A stretch of DNA of 59,011 bases, the filler included, from Basidioascus undulatus (lineage: Eukaryota): assembly GCA_000826855.1 (NCBI GenBank). It is 5 parts of 5 records of this genome, joined end to end, with 100 filler letters (N's around TTAATTAATTAA, not from the genome) between each part and the next. Parts side by side here need not be neighbours in the genome. Positions count along the whole stretch, not along the records: positions 22,311 to 33,343 come from JTLS01001054.1; positions 33,444 to 44,473 come from JTLS01001055.1; 3 more parts are not named here. The stretch is one strand, 5' to 3'. This document shows, piece by piece, positions 23,268 through 34,063 of this stretch. The notes beneath the pieces are model-generated. The model ran no database searches. It was not told the origin of the DNA and saw only the letters and a list, made by a program, of their open reading frames with translations. The position numbers and the translations under genes are program-made. Position 1 is the stretch's first letter; each line of letters starts with the position of its first letter.

Positions 23268-24939
23268 GCGTTCCCCCTTTGTCTCTCGTCTCTCGCGCCT
23301 TTCACTCCATCTGTCGTCTTGTTTAGTCGTCCGTAGTTAGTTAGTCCCCAGTCCACTCGCACACATTTCACCACATCTATCTCATCACACGCTTCGCATC
23401 TGTTCGCACCCCGTTTTCGCGTTTGTCTCGCATCCGCGCGCTCATGGACCCCTCATTCGCATTGCTTTGCTCTTTAGTCTGTCCTGTTCTGTTTTGTTCG
23501 TACACGTACGTATTACCACGCGCCCTTGAGCGGCGCACCACCACGCACTACCATCTCGCGGATATGCCCACACGATAGCTGTTAGCTCTTGGTTCGTTAG
23601 CCTTGTACTCTGCTTTTTCACTCACTCTCTCGGGCTTTTAGTACTCTTCGCTTCTCACCTCTTCTTCAGCGCTATTGATCCCCTCTCATCGGAGGGTCGT
23701 TCTTCGTTCTCTCGAGCACGCACCAGCGACAGTCTTTTCCGAACTCCCTTCTTCCTTTTGCGCTCTTATGGTTCTGTTTAGCTGCTGCCACACCACTGTT
23801 ACTGTTACATCCACGCATATTTGGTTTGCTTTGCTCACGTTCATTCGTCGTTCGCTCTTCGATTCACACTCTTCGTCTTCGTCTTGTCGGCCGCTCACTT
23901 TGTCGGTGTCGCACCACTCTGTTTGTGCTTTTGGTCTCGCTTTCGACTTTTTGTACCTTGCTTTGTTTTTGGTGCGGCTTTACGATACGTATGAAACTTT
24001 TGCATGTCCTACAGCTTGAGTGCTTTGGGTCGATGGGGATGACTGCGTGTAGTTTCGAAAAGTGACAGGCCATGCCTGTTGGCCCTGCGGCACCCAAGTC
24101 GGTACTGAGTTTGCGCACCGGTTCTGTTTCCCGAATTACATGTTGAGATTCATGATTTCGGGCAGGCTCAAGACTATGCCCGCGCTGCAGGGCGGCCACC
24201 AGGCCCTGAGCTGTTGGCGATGGTCCTGGTTGTAGGATGAGTCTGAACCGCACGTTCCCTGAGAGACAGTGTCGGCTCCTTCTGCCTGGTTCACGTTAAT
24301 ATGAACAGAACACATAGAGCGTCCAGATAGGGCTTTTGAGAGGCACGATCTTATTGCAGTACTTTGACACCCAGCCGTGGGAGCAGAAGCGTGTGGGCTC
24401 GGATGAAGCCCGACTTCGTTTCTTTCTCGGCAACCATCGGCCCATATCGAGCTTTCTCGCATTTGTAACTCACTTCTAAGGCTGTACTCTGCTGTCGCTC
24501 GATGTCCGCCAGCGCGGGGAATCATTGTCCCGCGCCGAACGCTGCTGGCTCGAGGGCGTGTTCCGCGATTGGGCGAGCTCATCGCAGACTCACTTCGACG
24601 CCTCGACGGCGAACAACTGGGTTCTTCGTGTGGGTCCCCTTCGACCCTTTGACTCTCCGAGCCACTCAATGTTGCTGAGCTTTCCTTTCGAAATTTGCAA
24701 CCACTGCCACCTTTCCCGGAGTCCTCTTCCACGCCGTCCTTGCCTTCTTCGGCTTCTTCGAATCTTCGCCCCCTCTCGGCTCTTCCATATCGCTGTCCAA
24801 ACCACGGCAGGGCAGTAGTGGAGCCACAAATTTTCTAGAGAGCGTGGTATCGGTGGAAATCGGAACGATTCGTTGGAGGATCTACAGGAGTTACTCCCTG
24901 TGGCTTGGCTGTACGTACATGTGCACCATACAGTTTCAT

Positions 24940-26040
24940 AATATTGTTGTATTATGAGCCTAGAGGACGTTTGGAAAGGGACAACCTCCGCTACATCATC
25001 GAGGCTGCGCTCCTTCAGGGCGAACTTCTCAACCGCACCGTGGTATTGCCCAGCTTCGTGTATGCGCGGGCGTTGCGAGGTCGGGCAGTGAGTTGAGATA
25101 TCACTGCTACTCAAAGCCGCCCCAGGCAGACCCATGAGAGTTCTTGCCGACAGCAAGACGTGCGCCCTCTTCGCGAAGCAAGTGAATCAGCGGCATGCGC
25201 TTGGTACATTGCGTTCTTCTCCGACTCTCCGAGACCCTCTCACCTGTACTCCATAACCCAATTCAACGGACGGAGAGAGTGGGACGGCCTCCCCGAGGAG
25301 GAGCAGCAAGGGTGGATTCTGCTAATCGAAGAGCGTCGTCTGCTTGCCCGTCGTCTGCTTGCCTCACTTGGCGTTCTTTCCATCAGAGGGACTGACGTTG
25401 GAGCACTCATGCAGGTCATGCTCGATATCACCCATTTTCGGATGACCTACGGATCCGTGTTGACTACGCGCGAGTTCCTGGTCCTGCACGGGCGTGTGGG
25501 GCTAGGCGACAACCCTCTGGGGCAGTGGTTTCCAGGATATCATGACGGGTTGACCAGTGCATATTCACATCTCCAAGGACTGCAGCGGTCAATACAAGCT
25601 TAAATTCTCGTATACCGCGTCATCTCCAGCAGAGACTGCGATCGCAAGCCCCGCGTACGGGTCGACCGCCTCCCTCCGCCGTTCCCAGACAAAGCCGCAA
25701 CCAAGCTCCCTGCCGGCCTCTCGCGCGACGTAGTAAATGGGATCGTTTAACACAAGCTGAAGGAGATTAGCAAGGCGACCTTGCCTTTCCGCAAGGGACT
25801 TGCGCCTGCGGTTCAGGAGCAGGTCGGCGTAACATAGCGGAGATGGTAGAGCTTCCGATGGGACGCGTAGAGAAGGACTTGGCTGGAAAGGAAGCCGTGG
25901 ATATCCTGGCGGTGATGGGGCTACACGGTGTATGGACGAATGCTACGGTGTGAGTGCTTGTATCGCTGGAGAAGGCTTGCTCTGCGGAGTGCTGACGCGC
26001 ATCGCACTTCTACAGGCTGGGCTTGGACTACCTGTATGCC
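24940..26040 (+). pseudogene. O-fucosyltransferase-like glycosyltransferase pseudogene
   Basis: NLRYIIEAALLQGELLNRTVVLPSFVYARA matches the N-terminal NRTLVLP motif of O-FucT-like proteins. There is an apparent +1 shift before CE, downstream stops (e.g. 25601-25603), and no intact C-terminus. Confidence 0.6.
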
Positions 26041-26793
26041 AGATTTCCGGCTGCTCTGGACGTGACCGGATTTCGTTGACAATGGAATTTTTCCCAGCAA
26101 GACCCCTACCCGATCCGTCGTGAAGGTGACGGTTAATGGAAGGCTACGTGGGTTCTACGACGACTACGACGCTGCACCCGAAGAGATCCCATATCTTCAA
26201 GTGCGTCGCTGTATTCCTTCGGCATGTGCGTAGCGATTCTGCAGGATCCGGGCGTGCATCCTACTGATGTTCGCTGGCTGCTGTTAGGCAAATTCATCCG
26301 TTGCGGGTGGCACTGCCAACTCACGAACTAGAGCGGGGAGACCGTTACGTGCAGCACATATCGACAGAGAGCCATAGATACCTTTTCACCGCATGACTGC
26401 GTATGTTGCTCGCATGAAGATGCCGGAAGTGAGTTTGGCAACGTCCGAAGACATCGTCTTTCGTTTTCGGAATTCAGATTCTTCAAAGCGCACTGGAGCT
26501 TATAAAGCAGCTTCCCGCAGCAAGGCGCGTTGAGACCGTCGGCTGGCCGCTTTGCACTCATTTCGGCTTCGGTGCCACCCGTTACGCTTTTGAAGTTTAG
26601 TTGAGTTCAATGCACGGACCCCGCACGTACACCTAGTAGTGAACGCATGCAGGCGTAAAACGTGGCAGTTTCCGCCAGCCGTCGTCCATCACAATCAAAT
26701 TGCCGAGTTGATCCGCCTTCAAACGACATATATACACCATGCAACGGGAAAAATTAGATAGCATCAAATATCTCGCTTAAAGCACCCCACATG

Positions 26794-28553
26794 TCATGGC
26801 CCCGACGCTCCGTTCCCACCGGCGCCTTCCTCATCATCCTCGTCCACCCCCGAGCTCGAGTCCGTCACCCACCCGTCTCCGGAGTCCGGCCCGTCAGACT
26901 CAACCGCATCAGAGTCATCGTACTCGTCAGTGGTAGTGTCGATCAAATCCGTGTCTGTATTCCCGTAGAACTGCTCGGGGAATGCCTCCTCCCAGCCTGC
27001 AGGACAGACAAAGCAGATCGTGTCAGCGGCTTCAGAGCGACAGGACGGGCTCAATCAGGGAAGAGTCGCACGACAATTGTCCGCATTGTCGATATCGTCC
27101 ATGCTGAACTCGAAGTGGCCGATCCACTCTATGCGCAATCGATCCGCGAGGCTCAGCTCAGCGAGAATGTCGAGCGACTCGAAGAAGGCTGGTTCGCCGA
27201 GGTCGAACTGTGTCGTAGGGACCCCAACGTCAGTATGCGCGTTCAAAGAGTCCGGAAAGTCCAAGTAAGGAAAATGCCTACTTGATCGCCCGCCAGCCCG
27301 AGAGTTTTAAGGTCCGGCAGTTTCCCGTCCCGGATGAGCTTCAAAAGCTCCAACAGCGCGAGCTCGTCCATGTAGTCCTCGATCACGAGTTTCTCAAGTC
27401 TGCACTCGCCGAGAAGCGCGTCCATCGCGATTGCTTCGACGAGCGCGGTCGCCTCGTCGCACGGTGGGCAGGAGAGGACTCTGAGGCGCCTGCGCAGCTG
27501 GTCGAAGCGGTCGGAAGCGAGGACATCCGCGATCGACGGGCCTTTGTCCTTCAGGAAGTCGTCGTCCCCCTCAAACCGTAGATGCGTCAGATTTCTGAGG
27601 GGCAAGAGGTGGTTCATGAAGCGGCGGGGACTGGAAGAAGCAGTCAGCATGCATCAAGTTTGCAAAGGCTCGAGAGCGAAGTCCAGACGCACGAGATTGG
27701 TTCGCCGACACTGGCTTCAGGCTGAATATCGGACACGTTGATCACGGTCGTGAAAGACTTTTTGGAGCGGGCGTTGCCTTTGTTGAAGAACGACAGTAGG
27801 CTGCGGATCCGACCCAGGTTTAGCTCTTGGTACAAGGAAAAATATGGAACTTACCCTTTAAAGTGGCTAAAGCGAGGTGCATAATAGAGAATCTCAAGAA
27901 GATGTCCAGTGAGGTGATGGCGGAACCGCGATACCAAGCGCACGCACCGGAGTCGCGATGTCCTTCATGACGCTCGACGTCAAAGTCAACGCATGCAGCG
28001 CGCTCTGGTCCTTCCGCAGGTATCCCATAATGACCGTCCACAGCTCGACCGGCCCCGGCGCGCACTTAAGCGGGTTGATGCGCTGGAGTCGTATCTTGCT
28101 CGCCTGCTCCCGGGCCCACTCCGGCGAGATGTGCTGGACAACCGCGACGGCGTCGGAGACGGCGCCCATATACCTCATCGCCTCATCCGTCGTCTCCCGC
28201 TGCTTCTTCTCGAACCTCGCGCGAGCTTCCAAAAGCTCTGGAACGCGCTCCTGCAGCGCCGAGAGCTCTGCGGCGGCCTCCGGCTGGAGGTGGGTCAGCC
28301 CCGCCGAGAGCCGGATAAGCCGCTCGCCGAACGCTTCCATCTTGGACGACTCCGTGGCCATGGGCGCGAGCGCGGCCGAGATCTGGATGGTTGACTCTTG
28401 TACCTCGGATAGCAGCGAGAGCGTCTCCGAGGGCAGCGAGGGGAGTGCGTTGCGGAGACGAGCGAGCTGAGCTTGAAGCGTATCGACGCGCGAGCGAGCC
28501 GCGTTGAGATCCCGCGGTGGGCTCGCAATGAACGGCGATAGCGACGGGTCCAC
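26794..28553 (-). CDS. F-box-like protein with N-terminal coiled coil, LRR-like segment and acidic tail; start unresolved
   Basis: Helical N-terminus, F-box-like GPVELWTVIMGYLRKDQSALHALTLTSSVMKDIATP, LRR-like LRNLTHLRF and LPDLKTLGL, and a D/E-rich end. Downstream introns splice in frame. Confidence 0.6.
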
Positions 28554-29418
28554 ACCGTTCAGACGGTGGATTCAGACATGTTAATGAGGCCGCTCAGAAC
28601 GAAAGTGGGGTCAGCGTAATGCGAAGTTGAAGAGGGTGATGGTCGCGGTGCATGAAACCGCGCGATATCGATGGCGAAGTTAGCTGCGTCGACGCGTCGC
28701 CTTCTCCGCATGCACGTGCGGCAAGAACCGAAAGCCTTACTACTTGCAACAATGTTAGAACAGCGGACATGTTGCCTCTGTATGCTCTACTTGAGCTCCT
28801 ATGGCTCTGGTTGGTCACGAAAAAGCAACAGAAGCACGCTTCGAAACCAGTTGCCGCCGCTGGTGACCCCAACTCATGCGGCATGTTCTCTTCATTGCTC
28901 AAGTTCGTCATTAAGCTATGAATTTACAAAATGCTTTATCCAGTTAGAATCACCAGCACCTCAACCACTCCATCTCCTGCCCCACTGCCCCGCAGTCAAC
29001 AAAACACCCAGTCAACAAAACAGCGCAGTGCGGGAAGTCACCGAGAGACAGGCGACGTACTGGTCAGATTGTAAATCTTCAACAATCTATGCTTCCGTTT
29101 ACTCTAGTAAGGATGTTCTCAAACTCCTCAAGCCAGCGTGGGGCCTGAACTTTGAAGCCCTGATATGGCTTGGACGATGAGCCCATACTGTTAAGGCATG
29201 AGCCCTTCTGTGCCGTGCACAAATGTGGTCTTACTCAACATAAAATTTACAGCAACATAAGTTATCAAGTCAAATGAGAACGATCGCAGGGAAAATCCAG
29301 GCCGAATGAGTGGTCTTTCACATTGAGTCCGGCAGAGTACACAACAAGCAGTATACGTAAAAACCAAGATGCTGTGTGTTTCTCTGTTGTCTTCTATATC
29401 TATGAGAACGTCTAGAAG

Positions 29419-30569
29419 TTACATCAAAAGCTTTGAGACAAGTGAAACAGGCACCAGTCTCTCCGCCTCATCGTAAAAGCCGCCGTGCACCATGTCGCTA
29501 AACCACAGCGGCCCCACGATGCTGAACCAGGAGAAGACCCAGAGATAGCCGAGCCAGGCCGGCCAACGGGAAATGCCCAATACATCCTCAAAAAAGATCC
29601 CACAACGTTGGGAAATAAAGAATAGGATGGTGCCGATGAACCGCTTGCCGGACGATGTGGCATAGGAATTGGCCATGTGGAACTATCGGAGAATGTGAGC
29701 AGACCGAAGATTGGTGGTTTGAGGCAGCCCTTACAATCGCCGAGAGGAGGAAAGCCGCTGACATGCTGGTTCGAGGCTTGAGTCCTAAAGAGCTAAGGAT
29801 GTAGCGGGGAATCACCGTGAATGGCTGTCTAGAGCGCATCAGCTACCCCAGTCGATAAGAACCAGCACAGCCCACTCACCCGACGGAGGCACTGATGCCA
29901 GCTCTCTCCCCAGAAGCCACGAATTGTGCGCATTCCAGCGAGGCCACCCCACAACGACGGGCAATCGGCCGGGGAGGAGACGCCGAGTGCGACAAGAGCG
30001 ATGCAGCCGTACTCGTAGTGCAGGGAAATCGACCCCCAAAGCGCGATGCCGTGGACGAGCGAGAGAGGGCCAAGCAGAGTGTATTCGAGTCCGATGCGAT
30101 GGATGAAGATGTCGAGCACGTCGAGGAAGAGGTAGAAAGCAAGCGCGCGAATGGTAGCGCCGAAGAGGAAGACCGGACGAGACGATGTCGGTGAGGGAGG
30201 TGTGTTCTTGACGCGCCAGTTCCAGCCGACGCCTCGTTGAGTGAGCAAGAGCCCGAAGGCCCAGCGCAGCCGACCGAAAAAGCCAGAAGGAAGCTTGGCC
30301 TCGCCGTCGCGCCGAAAGTCGCGCTGCGGCTCGCTGCAGAGCAGGAGTTCGACGGCGCGAAGGGCGACGCCGAACGCGGCGCTCGCTGGGCGGAGTCGGT
30401 CTAATGCGTTCGCGGCGGGTAGGGCGGTGTAGAGGTAGATGTGAAGAAGGATGAGCAGTGTGAGGGGCAGCCAAATGTAGAGCCGGAGAAAGCGGGAAAC
30501 CGTTGTGAGGCCGAGGATAAGGGAGAGGTTGGCGAGGTGGATCGTGGCTGTCCAAGGAAGGGACGCCAT
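29419..30569 (-). CDS. Membrane-bound O-acyltransferase (MBOAT_2, wax synthase/Tri7-like)
   Basis: Multiple TM segments, QRGVGWNW, PSLWGG...TIRGFWGESWHQCLRR, spliced AFLLSAI|FH with the conserved His, and LGYLWVFSWF. Two introns. Confidence 0.88.
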
Positions 30570-31515
30570 GGCGATGGGAAGGTGATAGCTAAGCAGGAAG
30601 ACCACGGAAAGTGCACAACATAAGGAGGTTTATATCCCATGCATGAAGATGGGTGAAATATCGTTTGAGAACAAGGCACGTCGAGGCATGCCGCCAAATC
30701 GTATGATGAGGCACGCTCGCTTATCCCTAACCTATAGACTATCTTCCAATTCCCAGTAGTATTTAGGCTGTAATCAGGACCTGTTCGGCTTTTACCTCCG
30801 GCCGCCGTCCCGCCTTCAGGAAATGTTGGTCCACGGAGAGTCTTCGGGAGAAGTGAGCGAAACAACGACCTAGGCTCACGCAAGTTGCCGCAAAGATTTG
30901 ACCACTCATGAAAAAGGCATAACCCTCACCATTTCGCACTTCCAAAACCTCGGTTGGGTTGAAAGACGTTGAAAGACCTCCGGCCTCGAGGTATCTCTGA
31001 ATTCATATTCGTAGCTTTACGTGTAGGCGGACAAGCTGCTTGTGCAAGATGGCCATCAGGGCCGCATCCAAACAGCGGCGGCTAGCGGCCATCCATGAGC
31101 TTCAAACCCGGTTCACAGTAGTATTGTTTCCTCAATGAAGCATTTCTAATACTGAGGCAGCTTTACGGCTTTACCTTCGCATCTGAACAGATTGCCGGTC
31201 CCGCTTCCTGCTCATAAGAGTTCGACTCGCCCTCTGGTCCGCCCTTCACGGCCCACCTGCACCCCCCCTAACCGGGACAATCAACCTGATGGAGTTCCGC
31301 CCCAAATACTCCCTGTATGGATTGGAATCAGCAGCAAAGAACTTCAGCAAACGGGCGATTTCGAGGGCGTGGGTGCACAGACTCAATCGCGATGCTGTCG
31401 GCAAGGCTGAAGCGTGTCTGGAGGACGAGGTCAAAATAAACTGTGGCAGTCTGCAATATAATAGGCTGAACTTGTACTGCGACCGTAATGCACGCTTGTT
31501 ATTGGGTAAAGGTGC

Positions 31516-31520
31516 AAAAA
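31516..31520 (-). terminator. RNA polymerase III terminator (T5)
   Basis: TTTTT one nucleotide after position 37 of the tRNA 5' half. Confidence 0.8.
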
Positions 31521-31521
31521 G

Positions 31522-31594
31522 TCGTAGTCAGATACTCTACCATTGAGCCAGCCGGCCTTGACCGACGCAGGGATCGAACCTGCAACCCCCTGAT
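31522..31594 (-). tRNA. tRNA-Arg(ACG): Circularly permuted tRNA-Arg(ACG): 3' half 31594-31559, then 5' half 31557-31522
   Basis: The minus strand reads A TCAGG GGGTT GCAGG TTCGATC CCTGC GTCGGTC A - A - GGCCGGC TG GCTC AATGGTA GAGT A TCTGA CT ACG A. Reordered, it gives a 72-nt cloverleaf with all four stems paired (Watson-Crick or G-U). Confidence 0.88.
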
Positions 31595-31604
31595 CCCGAC
31601 TTAA

Positions 31605-31652
31605 CCACTAGGCTAACGAAGGGGTTGAAGACGGCTGACAAAATGTATTATA
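31605..31652 (-). promoter_or_regulatory. Putative Pol III promoter of the permuted tRNA: TATA-like box, CAA, upstream A-box
   Basis: TATAATA at 31652-31646, CAA at 31627-31625, and TAGCCTAGTGG at 31615-31605 (fits TRGCNNARYGG), upstream of the B-box GGTTCGATCC at 31580-31571. Confidence 0.7.
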
Positions 31653-32282
31653 GGTAGGCCAGCCAGCAAGTCCAAGGCAAGCAGCAGTTGCGGTTAAAAG
31701 CGTCGAAATCAAAGGCAGCTGCCTCGATATTCCTTGAACACTGCTTCAACGAGAAATGTCAGGAAGTCCGCGCATTTGTGAAAGAAATCAACTCGCGCTA
31801 GTACCCCTGTTCTGTGTCACAGCCTCGCTTGCACGCGCGCGACGCTCTGACCCCCGACGCTCGCTCTTCGCTCCTCGCCCTTCTCTGCCGGCGCTGTCCT
31901 CATCCTCACCTCACCCTCATCACCTCCTTCTCCCCGCCGCTTACCATCGCCCTACCCTCCAGCGAAGTCCCCTTGGACCCAGCGAGCTTTGCAGTTTGTA
32001 GCGCGGTATACTCATCGGAGGTCCGTCTGTGCCTGGGCAGCTGCCGCGTCCCTCGAAACGCCCGCTCCCTGGCTCAACTGCCTCGCGCTCTGTCCCTTCC
32101 AGCCTAACCTTCGCCCTCGTCCTCGTCTCGCGCCCACTCATCCTCCCTCTTCGCCCTCAACACCCAAACATCCCCCGCCCACACTCCATTCATCCCGGCA
32201 GGTGCGAGCTCTCGCTCTCCCTTTGTCCGGCTCCGAGCCCAAGATGGCTGGCTGATATGGGAGGACGGGCGGCCGGGCAGCC

Positions 32283-33343
32283 ATGTCCGACATCCAGGAG
32301 AAGATCGCCGCCGCCCGCCGCGAGGCCGAGGGGCTCAAGGAGAAGATCAGGGCTAAGCGCGAGCAGACGGCGGATACCACTCGTGAGTAGCCGTCCTTTT
32401 GAGTTGCTGGCTGCGGGAGGGCCCACCCCGGTCGGGAGTGGATGTTCGCCTGGTCAAGCTTGCAGAGCATCTGGATCTTGCTTCTTTGCATGGGGATGGG
32501 ATATCAAGGATCCCAAATTGCATCGAGCAAGGTCTTGATGTCGAGCTGGCGCACTGACATCCCGCTCCCCAACCTTTAGTTCGCCAAATGTCCGCCGACA
32601 TCGACCCTCTCCCCCGCATCGTGATGAAGCCGCGGCGGACGCTCAAGGGCCACCTCGCCAAGATCTACGCGATGCACTGGTCCGCGGACAAGCGGCACCT
32701 CGTCTCCGCCTCGCAGGACGGCAAGCTGATTGTCTGGGATGCGTACACGACGAACAAGGTGCACGCGATCCCGCTCCGCTCGTCGTGGGTCATGACGTGC
32801 GCGTACGCGCCGTCGGGCGGCTTCGTCGCCTGCGGCGGCCTCGACAACATCTGCTCCATCTACAACCTCCGCTCCAAGGAGGGCTCCGTCAAAGTCGCGC
32901 GCGAGCTCAGCGCGCACACCGGCTATCTCTCGTGCTGTCGCTTCATCAACGACCGCCAGATCGTCACGTCCTCGGGCGACATGACGTGCATGCTGTGGGA
33001 CATCGACGCAGGCGTGAGGGTCATGGAGTTTGCCGACCACACTGGGGACGTCATGAGGTGCGTGCGCTCTCTTTCTATACACGCGAGCCATCGCGAAGAC
33101 GCAGGGCTGATCTCCTTCCTTGCCCTTTCAGCTTGTCGCTGGGCCCGAACCAGAACATTTTTGTTTCCGGTGCCTGTGACGCGACTGCGAAGATCTGGGA
33201 TATCCGGTCAGGCAAGGCCGTCCAAACCTTCACCGGCCACGAATCCGACATCAACGCTGTCCAGTGCGTTCCCTCTTTCCCCTCCGCACCTCCACCGCCC
33301 CTCTCACCCATCTCCCCGCCCACTCCCTCCCCGGTTCTTCCCG
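32283..33343 (+). CDS. GPB1: Heterotrimeric G-protein beta subunit, 3' truncated by the spacer
   Basis: [22 protein letters not shown]...[77 protein letters not shown]. Confidence 0.97.
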
Positions 33344-33443
33344 NNNNNNNNNNNNNNNNNNNNNNNNNNNNNNNNNNNNNNNNNNNNTTAATTAATTAAN
33401 NNNNNNNNNNNNNNNNNNNNNNNNNNNNNNNNNNNNNNNNNNN
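33344..33443. other. Artificial contig spacer
   Basis: N44-TTAATTAATTAA-N44. Confidence 0.98.
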
Positions 33444-34063
33444 TCGTCGTCGGACGCGCCGCCCTCCGCGGTCCGGAACGAGTCGTCGCCACCTCCTGCG
33501 GCGGCGCCGGCGGACACGGTGGAGGCGGGGGAGGCGGTGGGGTTGTTCCGGTCCCGCCAGAGCTTGTAGAGCTCGACGCCGACTGTCCCGGCTATGACGG
33601 CGGTGTTGTATCTGAAGAGAGAAATGTGACGATTGGGACCAGGTGCCATAGAGACTCGAGAAAGGGGCCAGGAACGGCAGGGGGCGAAAAATAACACTTA
33701 CGCTGTAGCCATCACGCGTTCTGGCAAGCTTCGGGCGCGCTTCGCCGGCCGTCCCTCCTGACGATCTGTTGTCCAAACGCGTTTTAATGAGCAAGCCCAT
33801 CCCATCTGCCTCGCATCCACACCCGATGCAGACGACTGACCATCCTCGCTCTCCTCCCTGCGCCTGATCATCCCCGCCGCGTTCCCCGCGGCCGCCCAGT
33901 CCTCGCTTAGCCCAGCAGCCGCCGCGATGTGCCCTGATACGGTGCGCCCGCGCGGCGCGCCCGGCGCGGGCAGCCCCCGGATCGCGCGCCCTTCGGTTAT
34001 CGTTGGAGGGAGGGGCTGCGGTGGCGCGGGCGTGAAGGTCGAGGAGAACGCGGAGAAGATCAT
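33444..34063 (-). CDS. Hypothetical protein, 5' part (hydrophobic segment TAVIAGTVGVELYKLWRDR), truncated by the spacer
   Basis: ATG at 34063, GC-rich coding-like exons with GT..AG introns, and a reading frame open into the gap. Confidence 0.55.

Noticed and set aside
29700..29735. Apparent His-to-Arg loss and frameshift in the MBOAT gene (SAIVR)
   Set aside because: A GTAAGG...TAG intron restores SAIFH and the reading frame.
31559..31622. An ordinary, unpermuted tRNA made of the leader plus the 3' half
   Set aside because: The leader's acceptor-position strand CCTTCGT does not pair with GTCGGTC, and only GTCGGG lies between the D-loop-like sequence and position 38, so there is no anticodon arm.
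32244..32280. uORFs (ATG GCT GGC TGA and an out-of-frame ATG) upstream of G-beta
   Set aside because: They lie inside a probable 5'-UTR intron (GTGCGA at about 32202, GCTGAT branch site, CAG at 32280).
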